Source: Rebecca billardiae RCC1528 (Eukaryota > Protista > Haptophyta). From it: a DNA stretch of 64,000 nucleotides. How positions within the stretch are numbered: the stretch's first letter is position 1; each line of letters begins with the position of its first letter. Below, piece after piece: positions 23,495-34,100 of the stretch. The notes under the pieces were generated by a model. The model ran no database searches. It worked only from the letters and a program-made list of their open reading frames with translations, and was not told the origin of the DNA. The position numbers and the translations under genes were made by a program. The stretch spans positions 2,976,001 to 3,040,000 of the forward strand of contig OZ251227.1 in assembly GCA_965240325.2 (NCBI GenBank), read 5' to 3'.

Positions 23495-24543
23495 TCACCG
23501 TGGCTTCACGCCGAGACTGATTGCCGCTGGCATGCGCAGGTGCGTGGGGGCATCGCCCCCGCCTTCAGGGGCCTGCGCCGAGCTGCGCGCACGGAGCGCG
23601 TCCAGCACTGCAGTGCGCACCGCGTCGCGGTGCGCCGCAGACTGCGCGCGGATGGTTGCGCGCGTGCGCGCGGTGCCGTCCTCCATGGCCTCCCAGAACT
23701 CCTCCGGTGTGCGCAGCTCCCAGCTCATCTCATGCTGCCACGTCTTCACCTGGCTGAAGCCGACCCCGATCAGCGCCGCGCGCACCTTCTCCGCATCCGC
23801 GTACTCGAAGAAGGGCGGCCCTTCAGGCAGCGGCTGGAGGCGAGGGGCGCGGGGCGTGGCGCGCGTCAGGCCTCGGCGTGCAACGCGGGGCATGCACGCC
23901 TGAGAGAGGCCAACGCGCGCGCGCACGCGCACACCACTTGCTCGGCGTGCTGCGCGAGAGCGCCTAGCATGATCTCATAGCCCTCGGTGGCTGGCGGCTT
24001 CTGCCACACGGCGAACGCGAAGGCGCCCCCGGGCTCGAGCACACGGTAGGCCTCGGCAAAGAATGCCGGGGGATCGTCCATGTGCAGGACGCCGAACGCG
24101 CACGTGACGGCGCTGAAGCTTTCGCGCTCGATTTCGAGCAGGTTCTGCGCGTTGCCTGCCAGGTACTCGCACCCGGCGCCGCCATCGAGCGCCCGAGCGC
24201 GCTCGATCATCGCGGGCGAGAAGTCGACGGCGACGACGCGCGAGAAGTCCCCGCTGCGCTTCGCCTGGCGGGACAGCCCGCCAAGGCCGCACGCGACGTC
24301 GAGCAGCGCCGCGGACGCGGTTGTGTGCGGGCGCACTGCGTCCAGGAGCGCGGGCGAGGCTTGGGCAGTCAGGCGCGCAAAACCAGCGTCGTAGCTCGAG
24401 ACCACGCCACCATCACCCCACGCGCTTGCCTCGAGGTCGGCAAACGCGGAAGAAAGGAAGCGGGTGCGCGATCCGCCGATCACACGCCCTGGGCCTGAGC
24501 ACCACGCAAGTCTCCCGGTCCGAGCGAGGGCGCTGGCCGCCAT
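23495..24543 (-). CDS. Class I SAM-dependent methyltransferase, 2 exons, probable organellar presequence
   Basis: LLDVACGLG (motif I), VVAVDFSPAMI, FSAVTCAFGVLH, EAYRVLEPGG. Intron 23834-23934 joins to PLPEGPPFFEYAD. Confidence 0.85.
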
Positions 24544-24838
24544 GGACGCGACTGATGAGCAGCCACGCGCGGCCTTGCGTCCGCCGACGATCGGCTAGCT
24601 CGGTGATTGCCGCTTGCAAGAAAAGAGTAAAAGACCCGCGGCCGACTGGCCGAGTTTCATTACTAGTACTTATGGGGGAACGATCTCCCAATAAATGATC
24701 TGAGATCCCATCCTGTACTACTACTATCGCAGCGGATGAAAGGCGGATCCCGCTGCCAGACTGGGTGCATCGATCTCCGCACACGCCGGCCGCGAAATTG
24801 AGCAGAGCACTTTTGCCCCGCTGCTCGACGTGACGACG

Positions 24839-25228
24839 ATGGAGGGGCGCCGAACCGCGTGCGTGCTCGCCTTCATGGGCGTCTTCCTGATTGGCCTCTT
24901 TGGCGGGGCGATGCTTTCGATGTCGCGCCCAGAGCCAGCCATGGTGCGCCGCGAGCATGAGCACAAGACCATCACCGACTGCTCCAAGTACGGCACGGCC
25001 ACGGCCATGCGCACCTGGGATGACGCCATTGCAAGCAACCCCGAGTGGAGGGAGAAGTGGGGCGAGCGCAACAGCGGTCTTCCCAAGGAGGCAGGTTGCC
25101 CGTCCGACTCATTGCAATATTGGGGCTCGGTCTGCTGGGGCGCCTGCCCGGAGGGCTACCACCGCACGTTCATGTGCTCTTGCAAAGTTGACGACGACCA
25201 ACCAGAGGACGCGGAGGAATCCGAGTAG
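24839..25228 (+). CDS. Small N-terminally anchored or secreted Cys-rich protein
   Basis: Hydrophobic N-terminal segment (CVLAFMGVFLIGLFGGAML); C-terminal GCPSD...VCWGACPEGYHRTFMCSC. Confidence 0.65.
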   Translation: MEGRRTACVLAFMGVFLIGLFGGAMLSMSRPEPAMVRREHEHKTITDCSKYGTATAMRTWDDAIASNPEWREKWGERNSGLPKEAGCPSDSLQYWGSVCWGACPEGYHRTFMCSCKVDDDQPEDAEESE

Positions 25229-25784
25229 GATGGCGCATCCACGGTGGTCATCCTGGACTTGACCAGAGGCGCTCGCAGCCCAGCTGCCGAGCCATATGGT
25301 GAAACCTTTGGTGGGTGAGCACGCTTGAGCTTCTGAGGTCTGGCGGAACACCGGCAATTTCGTGGCTTCTAGTTGGGGTGTCACTGTGGAGCCTGCGCAG
25401 CAAATTGTCTACGGTATGCACCGCTGAACGTGGCGGACGTGCCGGCAGCCCGGCGACGTTGAGCTCATATTCACGGAGCCAACGTGGCCTGTACGCTACA
25501 TCAGATGACCTGCTGTGCTGTGCTGTGCTGAACCGACTGCATGGTCCGCGCCGGTTGGCCACTCATGTCGCATCGTCGTCGTCGCGCGACGAGTCTGGCG
25601 CCTCAGCCTGCCGCCGTGTCCGTGGCCCGTGCACCGCGTCCGCGTGCACGCCGCCGTCCCGCGCGCCGTGGCCGTGATGAGTCGATCGTCACCGCCAAGC
25701 TTCTTTGATGACGATTGATGATGACGATGATTATATGGCCGCAATAATAACTAACCGAAGGGACTGGCGCTCAGCTGATTAGTG

Positions 25785-25787
<3 letters not shown>

Positions 25788-25845
<58 letters not shown>
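25788..25845. repeat. (TA)n microsatellite
   Basis: Direct reading. Confidence 0.95.
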
Positions 25846-25848
<3 letters not shown>

Positions 25849-25917
25849 TATTATAGTGATACACTGCAGCGCGTCGCCTCTTCATTCTTAAAAAGCCGCC
25901 GGCCTCCCGATGGCATC

Positions 25918-26378
25918 TAGTGGGGTCAGAGCTCCGACCGTTACGCTCCCGATCGAGTGACGCAATCTCCCGAAAGCACGAAATATGCTGAAATATCTCC
26001 TCGATTTGTAACTGTTTGAGTCCGTTTTTAAATAAGTTCGTTTAGGGCGCGCTTAATTCCAGGGTGTAGAATCCGCCTGTGCCAATTTCAGACTGCCAAA
26101 ATGTGATCTAGACGGTGCGATTCTGGTGCAAATAGCGAGATCACCTTGGAGATCGTGTATCTCCCCTACCAATGTTGCCGAGATCGCGTCGAGATTGACG
26201 CGAGGTCGTATACCTGGAGCCAGTATGTGACATTTTTTCGCAAAACTTGTCCGAGCGTGACCCCAGGTCCGATTCCGCAGGCGAATTTTGACATCCCGAA
26301 GTTTGAGAGCCTCATCTCAAGACGACAGAAAGTTGGATTTTGGGCCACGCACCCCCCAGTGGGACTCTGACCCCTCTA
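25918..26378. mobile_element. ~460-bp AT-richer MITE with hAT-like TAG-starting TIRs
   Basis: TAGTGGGGTCAGAG (25918-25931) vs CTCTGACCCCTCTA (26365-26378): 13/14 inverted match. CCGATGG occurs on both flanks, offset by CATC on the left. Confidence 0.6.
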
Positions 26379-26614
26379 TCCGATGGGACCCGCTGAGAGT
26401 GACCGAGCGGGACCGGGCTCAAGGCAGTGGTAGCGGCCGAAGTCTGCCCCGAGCTCTCGCGCGCTGCACGGCCGCTTTCGGTGCATGCCGTGAGGTTCAA
26501 CGAGTTGACGATGAGCTGGTGCTCCAGGGCGATACACATTCGCGTGGTTTGCCGACGCCACCGTGGGTCGCGACAAGCGATGCAGCTCGCCATCGCACGC
26601 ACGTGAGGAGGTGC

Positions 26615-27016
26615 TCACTCGCGCGTGCCAAGCGAGCGAATCTGCTCCTCCATTTTCTGCGCCGTATGGGGGGGCATCGACGCGCGGGCGTGTGAGGAGG
26701 ATGCATCGCTGGCGCGCGTGGCGTTGCGCGCGCGCACCCTGAGCTGAGCTCGCTGCTCGTCATTGCACTCCTGCTCGATGGAGCTTGACGGGGCAGGCAT
26801 CTCGCGTCCTGACACATGACCATCGAGTGTCTGCAGGTACATTGTCCACTGCTCCTCGAAACCTACGAGAAATTCTGGCTTGGCACCTCGGTGCTGCCTA
26901 AACTCATAGCGCACGTAGTCGTCGCCCAGGCGGCGGAGGCCCGGCTGCAGCTTCGAACGATGCGCTCGCAGGATCTCTCGGTACAGGCGCAGCAGCCTTA
27001 CGCCCTGCTCCACCAT
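26615..27016 (-). CDS. SDHAF3: Succinate dehydrogenase assembly factor 3 (LYR/ACN9 family)
   Basis: LLRLYREILRAHR..L...LRRLGDDYVRYEFRQHR......F...W..Y...L and EQRAQL. Probable in-frame 81-nt intron 26657-26737. Confidence 0.85.
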   Translation of the reverse strand: MVEQGVRLLRLYREILRAHRSKLQPGLRRLGDDYVRYEFRQHRGAKPEFLVGFEEQWTMYLQTLDGHVSGREMPAPSSSIEQECNDEQRAQLRVRARNATRASDASSSHARASMPPHTAQKMEEQIRSLGTRE

Positions 27017-27290
27017 CGTGAGGATGCTTCGTCGGGGCTTTCCGGAAGACGCGTCGAACCTCCTCCCTCCCTCCGGCTCCCCTGGTCGAACTGGAGAACA
27101 TCGTCGCTCGATTTCAGATTGGAGATTCGGACTCTTGCAGGAAAAGATCGACCCGGACCGGCCAGAAAACGCATTACGGTAGCAGCTCACGACTTTGAAC
27201 ACGAGGTCTGTCGCTCTCGCCGAAACGCCACAACCGGTTGGACGCCGCCTCGCCGCTGGACACGGCGAGTGCGAAGGTCGTTGCCGCCGC

Positions 27291-29888
27291 ATGGGGGAGG
27301 CGCTGAACAGCAAGCGTCCGCGCTGCCAGATCGTGCAGCTCAATGTGAGCGGGCGCCACGTTGACGTCGCGCACTCGACGCTCGTCCAAGCCCCCTACTT
27401 CGCAGAGCGGCTCGGAGGGGACGACGCGGCCGACGGCCTCCGGATGTTTGTCGACCGCGACCCCGACACGTTTGCGCTCATCCTCAAGTACCTGAGGGGG
27501 GGGCGAACATCGAGCGCGCTCGCGCTCGATGTGCTGTCGGAGCAGCAGCGCGTCGATCTGCTCTGCGACGCCCAACACTACGGCCTCGCAGCCCTCGCGG
27601 ACGAGCTGCGTGCGCTCAGGTTGCGCGGCGCGCCAGCCGTCGCGCCAGCCGCCGCGCGCGGCTCGTCGGTGACGCCGGGCGACATCGTCCGACTGAACGT
27701 GGGCGGGCGCCACTTCGACACGACGCGCGCCACTCTGCTGGGCCCGCTCACCTCGGGCGCCTCGGTCTTCCGCCGCCTGCTCGACGGCCTGCACCACAGC
27801 GCGGGCGCGAGGCGCGACGAGTCGGGTCGCATCTTCATCGACCGCGACGGCGAGAGCTTTGCGCTCGTGCTCAAGCACCTTCGCAGCATGCTCGAGCTCG
27901 AGACGCTGAGCACGCAGCAGCGCGCGGAGCTACTCAGCGACGCCGACTTCTACGGGCTGACGGAGCTCGCCATCCGGCTGCACGCGCTCGCCGAGCCCGA
28001 GTCTGCCGAGCGCGCCATGCTGGCCGCGCTCTCCGACTCGGACCGCGCGATCCGCGCGCAGGGCAGCGCGCTCTACGCGGCGCTCAAGGCGGGGCCGGTG
28101 GTGGCGCCGAGCGCGCCGGAGGAGGCCGACGCCGCTCTGATCGACGTGCTCGCCCAGCCCGACGCCTTTGCGTACGACGGCACGCCCACCTCGCCCGCCG
28201 CGCCGCTCCTGCTGCCGAGCGCGAGCGCGGCGCAGCGGTGCATCGAGCGCGCGCCCGGCGACGGCCTGCGCTGCGAGGACGCCGCCTCCTTCCTCGCGCG
28301 GCTCCGCGCGTTCGCCGGGTTCGCGCTGCTGGACGGGCTGGACATGACCGACCTCGTGGTCGCGGGCGGCTCCGTCCTCCTCGCGCTCTGCGCGCACGCG
28401 CGCACGCACTCCGACTGGCTCGGCGTGGACCCGAGCGCGGACATCGACCTGTTTGTGGTCACGGACGACGAGGAGCGCGCGCGCGCCGCGTACAGGCGCG
28501 TGCGCGCGCACCTGGTGCGCGCGCTGTCCGGCGCCGAGCGCGACAGGGCGGCCGCCAAGCTCGAGGCCGCCACCGCCCAGCTCGCGCACGCGGACCACGT
28601 GCTCGGCGCCGTCATGGCGGCCGAGGACGCCTTCGCCGCCGACGACGCGGAGGAGGCGTTCCTCGACGCGCGCGCCGCGGTCTTCCGGGCGCAGCGCGAG
28701 CTGGACGCCGCGACCGAGGGGGCGGAGCGCGAGATCCTCGTGGTGCGCAGCCGGTTGGCCCTGACGTTCTACGCGGGGTACCCCCGCCGCACCGTCCAGC
28801 TCGTGCTGCGCCGCCACCGCTCGGTCGGCGACCTGCTCTTCCGCTTCGACGTGGACGCGTGCCAGCTCGCGTACGACGGCGCGCGCGTGCTCGCGACGCC
28901 CGCGGCGCGGCGCGCGCTCACGAGCGGCGTGCTCTTCGCCGACCCGGAGCGCACGTCGAGCGCGTACGAGGCGCGGATGATTAAGTACGCCAAGCGCGGC
29001 TTCGCCATCGCGCTGCCCGGTGTCGACCTCAGCCGCATCGACCCGCGCTGGCTCTCCGGCTGCTTTGTGCGCACGCACGGCCGCCAGCTGCGGCGCGCGG
29101 AGCTCGCGTTCGCGCCGAGCGGCCGGGTGCCGTCCGTCCGCCTCGCGCCCGGCGAGATCAGGCGGCTGCCCAAGCTGCTCGTGCTCGGCTCGCTGCGCGA
29201 CCCGCCGCCGCATGAGCGCACCGTCTCGTCCACCGCCTCGTCCACCGCCGCCCCCTCCGGCTTCGACGCGTGGCGCGCGTGGGCGGAGCGGCTGCCGCTG
29301 CTCGCCTCGGAGCGCGACGAGGAGGAGCCCAAGGGCGGAGGGCCTGCGCTCGTGCAGGGCCGCACCTACCTGATCAACCTGCCTCGGCTGGAGAAGGCGC
29401 TCGACCCGGAGTGCCGCGCGGAGCCAGGCCGTCAGCTCGAGACCGACCGCCTCTGGAACCAGCCGACGCCGCCGCACCCGCCCCCGCCCTGGGCGCACGT
29501 GAGTTCATGCTTCCCCGGCCACGCGGGGGACGACGCTGCGATGACGGGCGATGCCGAGTACTCGACCGTGCTGCTGCCGTTCCACGAGGGCCTGGATGCG
29601 CGGGGCGCGCGCTCGAGGCTCGACAAGCTCGAGAAGGCGCGCATCGTGATGCGCACGCCCAAGCTCTTCTGCTACGACCTCGCGCGCGCCCGCGCGGGTG
29701 CGGCCGAGCTCCTCCTCCCACACGTCGACGACTCGTTCCTGCTGCACTCGAGCCACGCGCCAGGCGTCGACGACGTCTCGCCGTCCGAGCTGACGCGGCA
29801 CGTCGAGCTGGCGAGCGCGACGTGCGACGGGCCGTGGTTCCGACGCCAGTCCGCACAGGGCTGGTTTGATGGCGTGCACAGCAGATGA
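27291..29888 (+). CDS. Tandem BTB/POZ (KCTD-type) domains fused to a nucleotidyltransferase-like domain, intronless
   Basis: Two BTB units (IVQLNVSGRH...FVDRDPDTFALILKYLR...AQHYGL; IVRLNVGGRHFDTTRATL...FIDRDGESFALVLKHLR...ADFYGL). Then VVAGGSVL...ADIDLF, QLVLR...FDVDACQLAYDG, YEARMIKYAKRGF. Confidence 0.8.
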   Translation: MGEALNSKRPRCQIVQLNVSGRHVDVAHSTLVQAPYFAERLGGDDAADGLRMFVDRDPDTFALILKYLRGGRTSSALALDVLSEQQRVDLLCDAQHYGLAALADELRALRLRGAPAVAPAAARGSSVTPGDIVRLNVGGRHFDTTRATLLGPLTSGASVFRRLLDGLHHSAGARRDESGRIFIDRDGESFALVLKHLRSMLELETLSTQQRAELLSDADFYGLTELAIRLHALAEPESAERAMLAALSDSDRAIRAQGSALYAALKAGPVVAPSAPEEADAALIDVLAQPDAFAYDGTPTSPAAPLLLPSASAAQRCIERAPGDGLRCEDAASFLARLRAFAGFALLDGLDMTDLVVAGGSVLLALCAHARTHSDWLGVDPSADIDLFVVTDDEERARAAYRRVRAHLVRALSGAERDRAAAKLEAATAQLAHADHVLGAVMAAEDAFAADDAEEAFLDARAAVFRAQRELDAATEGAEREILVVRSRLALTFYAGYPRRTVQLVLRRHRSVGDLLFRFDVDACQLAYDGARVLATPAARRALTSGVLFADPERTSSAYEARMIKYAKRGFAIALPGVDLSRIDPRWLSGCFVRTHGRQLRRAELAFAPSGRVPSVRLAPGEIRRLPKLLVLGSLRDPPPHERTVSSTASSTAAPSGFDAWRAWAERLPLLASERDEEEPKGGGPALVQGRTYLINLPRLEKALDPECRAEPGRQLETDRLWNQPTPPHPPPPWAHVSSCFPGHAGDDAAMTGDAEYSTVLLPFHEGLDARGARSRLDKLEKARIVMRTPKLFCYDLARARAGAAELLLPHVDDSFLLHSSHAPGVDDVSPSELTRHVELASATCDGPWFRRQSAQGWFDGVHSR

Positions 29889-30540
29889 GCATGGCGGAGC
29901 GCTCGTTGGAACTTGAGCGGGGATGGAACTTGACCCCGCATTTCCCAGCGAAGTGCGCCATCTCGGCGGGGCTGGCACGCTCGGCACACGCTCCTGAGCG
30001 CTCGCTTCGCGGTGCGGCAGGCCTTGGGTAGACCAGGCAGACATGTCGCGACCGCATTACCGGGCCATGCGCGCACCACATCCGCGCTACATGGCCTACT
30101 GCGCGCTGGACGACTGACTGAGCCAGTCAATGCCGGACCCACTGCATTCCACTGCTGCCCCGCATGCACCCCGAGTCGCCTTCAGAGGGCGTCGACAAGC
30201 GCAGACCAGGCACGCGGGAGTTCGACCAACTCGTGTCGTACTTTCTTGCTCACAAATGCAACTGCACCAGCGGCGAGGTCGCAAGGCGGCAAGCCGAACC
30301 TTGACCAGCCGTGGAACTTGAGCTGGTCGGCAGCATGAACCGCACCGCTGTCCGCTGGCGCTTGCTTGGCACCGGATCAAGTTAGCAGCGTGCGAGGAGG
30401 AGGCGCGGTGCGCGTCTGCGGCTGGCGAGAGGCGTCGTCCGGACCGTGCCGTTCGCGGCCGCGCCCGCGCGCTTCCCGCCGGAGTCCCGCCCCGGGTCCC
30501 GCCGCCGCGGGCCCCGTGGCTATGTTATTGGGCCGCGCGG

Positions 30541-31130
30541 GGCTCGGAATGGCTGGCGCTGCTGAGACGAGTTGCTAGGCACGGCCTTTGAGCGGACGCT
30601 TGACGGGGCAGCCCATCGTGACGTCGTCGCTTGATGAGCACCAGCGTACCTCAATGCCCTGCGCCTCATCGCTGCGGGCGTGGAGATCCGAGATGCGCGA
30701 CGAGCTGTGGCTGCCGGGCGGTCTCGGAATGGCTGGCGCTGCTTGAGACGAGTTGTTGGGCACGGCCTTTGAGCGGACGCTTGACGGGGCAGCCCATCGC
30801 AACGTCGTCGCGCGATGAGCACCAGCGTGGCTCAATGCCCTGCGCCTCCTCGCTGTGGGCGTGGAGATGCGCGACAAGCTGTGGCTGCAGGGCGGTCTCG
30901 GAATGGCCGCCGCGCGGTCTCTGAATGGCCGCCGCGCGGTCTCGGAATGGCTGGCGCTGCTGAGACGAGCTGTTGGGCACAGCCTATGGGCGGTCGCGAG
31001 CACTTGGCGAGGCAGCCCATCGCGCCGACGTCAGCCGATGAGCACCAGCGTGGCTCAATGCCCTGCGCCTCCTCGCTGCGGGCGTGGAGATGCGCGACGA
31101 GATGTGGCCGCCGTGCGGTCTCGGAATCGC
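30541..31130 (+). repeat. About three diverged ~180-bp tandem repeats abutting the satellite
   Basis: Units begin at ~30541, ~30720 and ~30938 (GGTCTCGGAATGGCTGGCGCTGC...GGCAGCCCATCG...GATGAGCACCAGCGT..CTCAATGCCCTGCGCCTC...). Confidence 0.85.
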
Positions 31131-31135
31131 TGCGG

Positions 31136-34100
31136 CTCGCCCGTCGGGCTGCTGCGCCGCAACACGAGCGCGGAGCGCAAGCCCGCGCCACGCACGGATG
31201 CCCCCAGGCCCAGCGCGAGTGCGCACGCCACCCAAACGCGACTCCGACCACCTCGCGCCGCGATGAGGGCCGAGCGCGCCGCCCGGAGGGAACTCCGGAG
31301 GGAACTCCGGAGGGAACTCCGGAGGGAAGTGCGCCCGAAACGAGCCTCGGAGGGATCTCATGCCGCTCGCCCGTCGGGCTGCTGCGCCGCAACACGAGCG
31401 CCGAGCGCGAGCCCGCGCCGCACACGGATGCCCCCAGGCCCAGCGCGAGTGCGCAGGCCGCCCAAACGCGACTCCGACCACCTCGCGCCGCGATGAGAGC
31501 CGAGCGCGCCGCCCGGAGGGAACTCCGGAGGGAACTCCGGAGGGAACTCCGGAGGGAAGTGCGCCCGAAACGAGCCTCGGAGGGATCTCATGCCGCTCGC
31601 CCGTCGGGCTGCTGCGCCGCAACACGAGCGCCGAGCGCGAGCCCGCGCCGCACACGGATGCCCCCAGGCCCAGCGCGAGTGCGCACGCCGCCCAAACGCG
31701 ACTCCGACCACCTCGCGCCGCGATGAGAGCCGAGCGCGCCGCCCGGAGGGAACTCCGCGAGCCCGCGCCGCACACGGATGCCCCCAGGCCCAGCGCGAGT
31801 GCGCACGCCGCCCAAACGCGACTCCGACCACCTCGCGCCGCGATGAGAGCCGAGCGCGCCGCCCGGAGGGAACTCCGGAGGGAACTCCGGAGGGAAGTGC
31901 GCCCGAAACGAGCCTCGGAGGGATCTCATGCCGCTCGCCCGTCGGGCTGCTGCGCCGCAACACGAGCGCGGAGCGCGAGCCCGCGCCGCACACGGATGCC
32001 CCCAGGCCCAGCGCGAGTGCGCACGCCGCCCAAACGCGACTCCGACCACCTCGCGCCGCGATGAGAGCCGAGCGCGCCGCCCGGAGGGAACTCCGGAGGG
32101 AACTCCGGAGGGAAGTGCGCCCGAAACGAGCCTCGGAGGGATCTCATGCCGCTCGCCCGTCGGGCTGCTGCGCCGCAACACGAGCGCGGAGCGCGAGCCC
32201 GCGCCGCACACGGATGCCCCCAGGCCCAGCGCGAGTGCGCACGCCGCCCAAACGCGACTCCGACCACCTCGCGCCGCGATGAGAGCCGAGCGCGCCGCCC
32301 GGAGGGAACTCCGGAGGGAACTCCGGAGGGAAGTGCGCCCGAAACGAGCCTCGGAGGGATCTCATGCCGCTCGCCCGTCGGGCTGCTGCGCCGCAACACG
32401 AGCGCTCAGCGCGAGCCCGCGCCGCGCACGGATGCCCCCAGGCCCAGCGCGAGTGCGCACGCCGCCCAAACGCGACTCCGACCACCTCGCGCCGCGATGA
32501 GAGCCGAGCGCGCCGCCCGGAGGGAACTCCGGAGGGAACTCCGGAGGGAAGTGCGCCCGAAACGAGCCTCGGAGGGATCTCATGCCGCTCGCCCGTCGGG
32601 CTGCTGCGCCGCAACACGAGCGCTCAGCGCGAGCCCGCGCCGCGCACGGATGCCCCCAGGCCCAGCGCGAGTGCGCACGCCGCCCAAACGCGACTCCGAC
32701 CACCTCGCGCCGCGATGAGAGCCGAGCGCGCCGCCCGGAGGGAACTCCGGAGGGAACTCCGGAGGGAAGTGCGCCCGAAACGAGCCTCGGAGGGATCTCA
32801 TGCCGCTCGCCCGTCGGGCTGCTGCGCCGCAACACGAGCGCTCAGCGCGAGCCCGCGCCGCGCACGGATGCCCCCAGGCCCAGCGCGAGTGCGCACGCCG
32901 CCCAAACGCGACTCCGACCACCTCGCGCCGCGATGAGAGCCGAGCGCGCCGCCCGGAGGGAACTCCGGAGGGAACTCCGGAGGGAAGTGCGCCCGAAACG
33001 AGCCTCGGAGGGATCTCATGCCGCTCGCCCGTCGGGCTGCTGCGCCGCAACACGAGCGCGGAGCGCGAGCCCGCGCCGCACACGGATGCCCCCAGGCCCA
33101 GCGCGAGTGCGCACGCCGCCCAAACGCGACTCCGACCACCTCGCGCCGCGATGAGAGCCGAGCGCGCCGCCCGGAGGGAACTCCGGAGGGAACTCCGGAG
33201 GGAAGTGCGCCCGAAACGAGCCTCGGAGGGATCTCATGCCGCTCGCCCGTCGGGCTGCTGCGCCGCAACACGAGCGCGGAGCGCGAGCCCGCGCCGCACA
33301 CGGATGCCCCCAGGCCCAGCGCGAGTGCGCACGCCGCCCAAACGCGACTCCGACCACCTCGCGCCGCGATGAGAGCCGAGCGCGCCGCCCGGAGGGAACT
33401 CCGGAGGGAACTCCGGAGGGAAGTGCGCCCGAAACGAGCCTCGGAGGGATCTCATGCCGCTCGCCCGTCGGGCTGCTGCGCCGCAACACGAGCGCGGAGC
33501 GCGAGCCCGCGCCGCACACGGATGCCCCCAGGCCCAGCGCGAGTGCGCACGCCGCCCAAACGCGACTCCGACCACCTCGCGCCGCGATGAGAGCCGAGCG
33601 CGCCGCCCGGAGGGAACTCCGGAGGGAACTCCGGAGGGAAGTGCGCCCGAAACGAGCCTCGGAGGGATCTCATGCCGATCGCCCGTCGGGCTGCTGCGCC
33701 GCAACACGAGCGCTCAGCGCGAGCCCGCGCCGCACACGGATGCCCCCAGGCCCAGCGCGAGTGCGCACGCCGCCCAAACGCGACTCCGACCACCTCGCGC
33801 CGCGATGAGAGCCGAGCGCGCCGCCCGGAGGGAACTCCGGAGGGAACTCCGGAGGGAAGTGCGCCCGAAACGAGCCTCGGAGGGATCTCATGCCGCTCGC
33901 CCGTCGGGCTGCTGCGCCGCAACACGAGCGCTCAGCGCGAGCCCGCGCCGCGCACGGATGCCCCCAGGCCCAGCGCGAGTGCGCACGCCGCCCAAACGCG
34001 ACTCCGACCACCTCGCGCCGCGATGAGAGCCGAGCGCGCCGCCCGGAGGGAACTCCGGAGGGAACTCCGGAGGGAAGTGCGCCCGAAACGAGCCTCGGAG

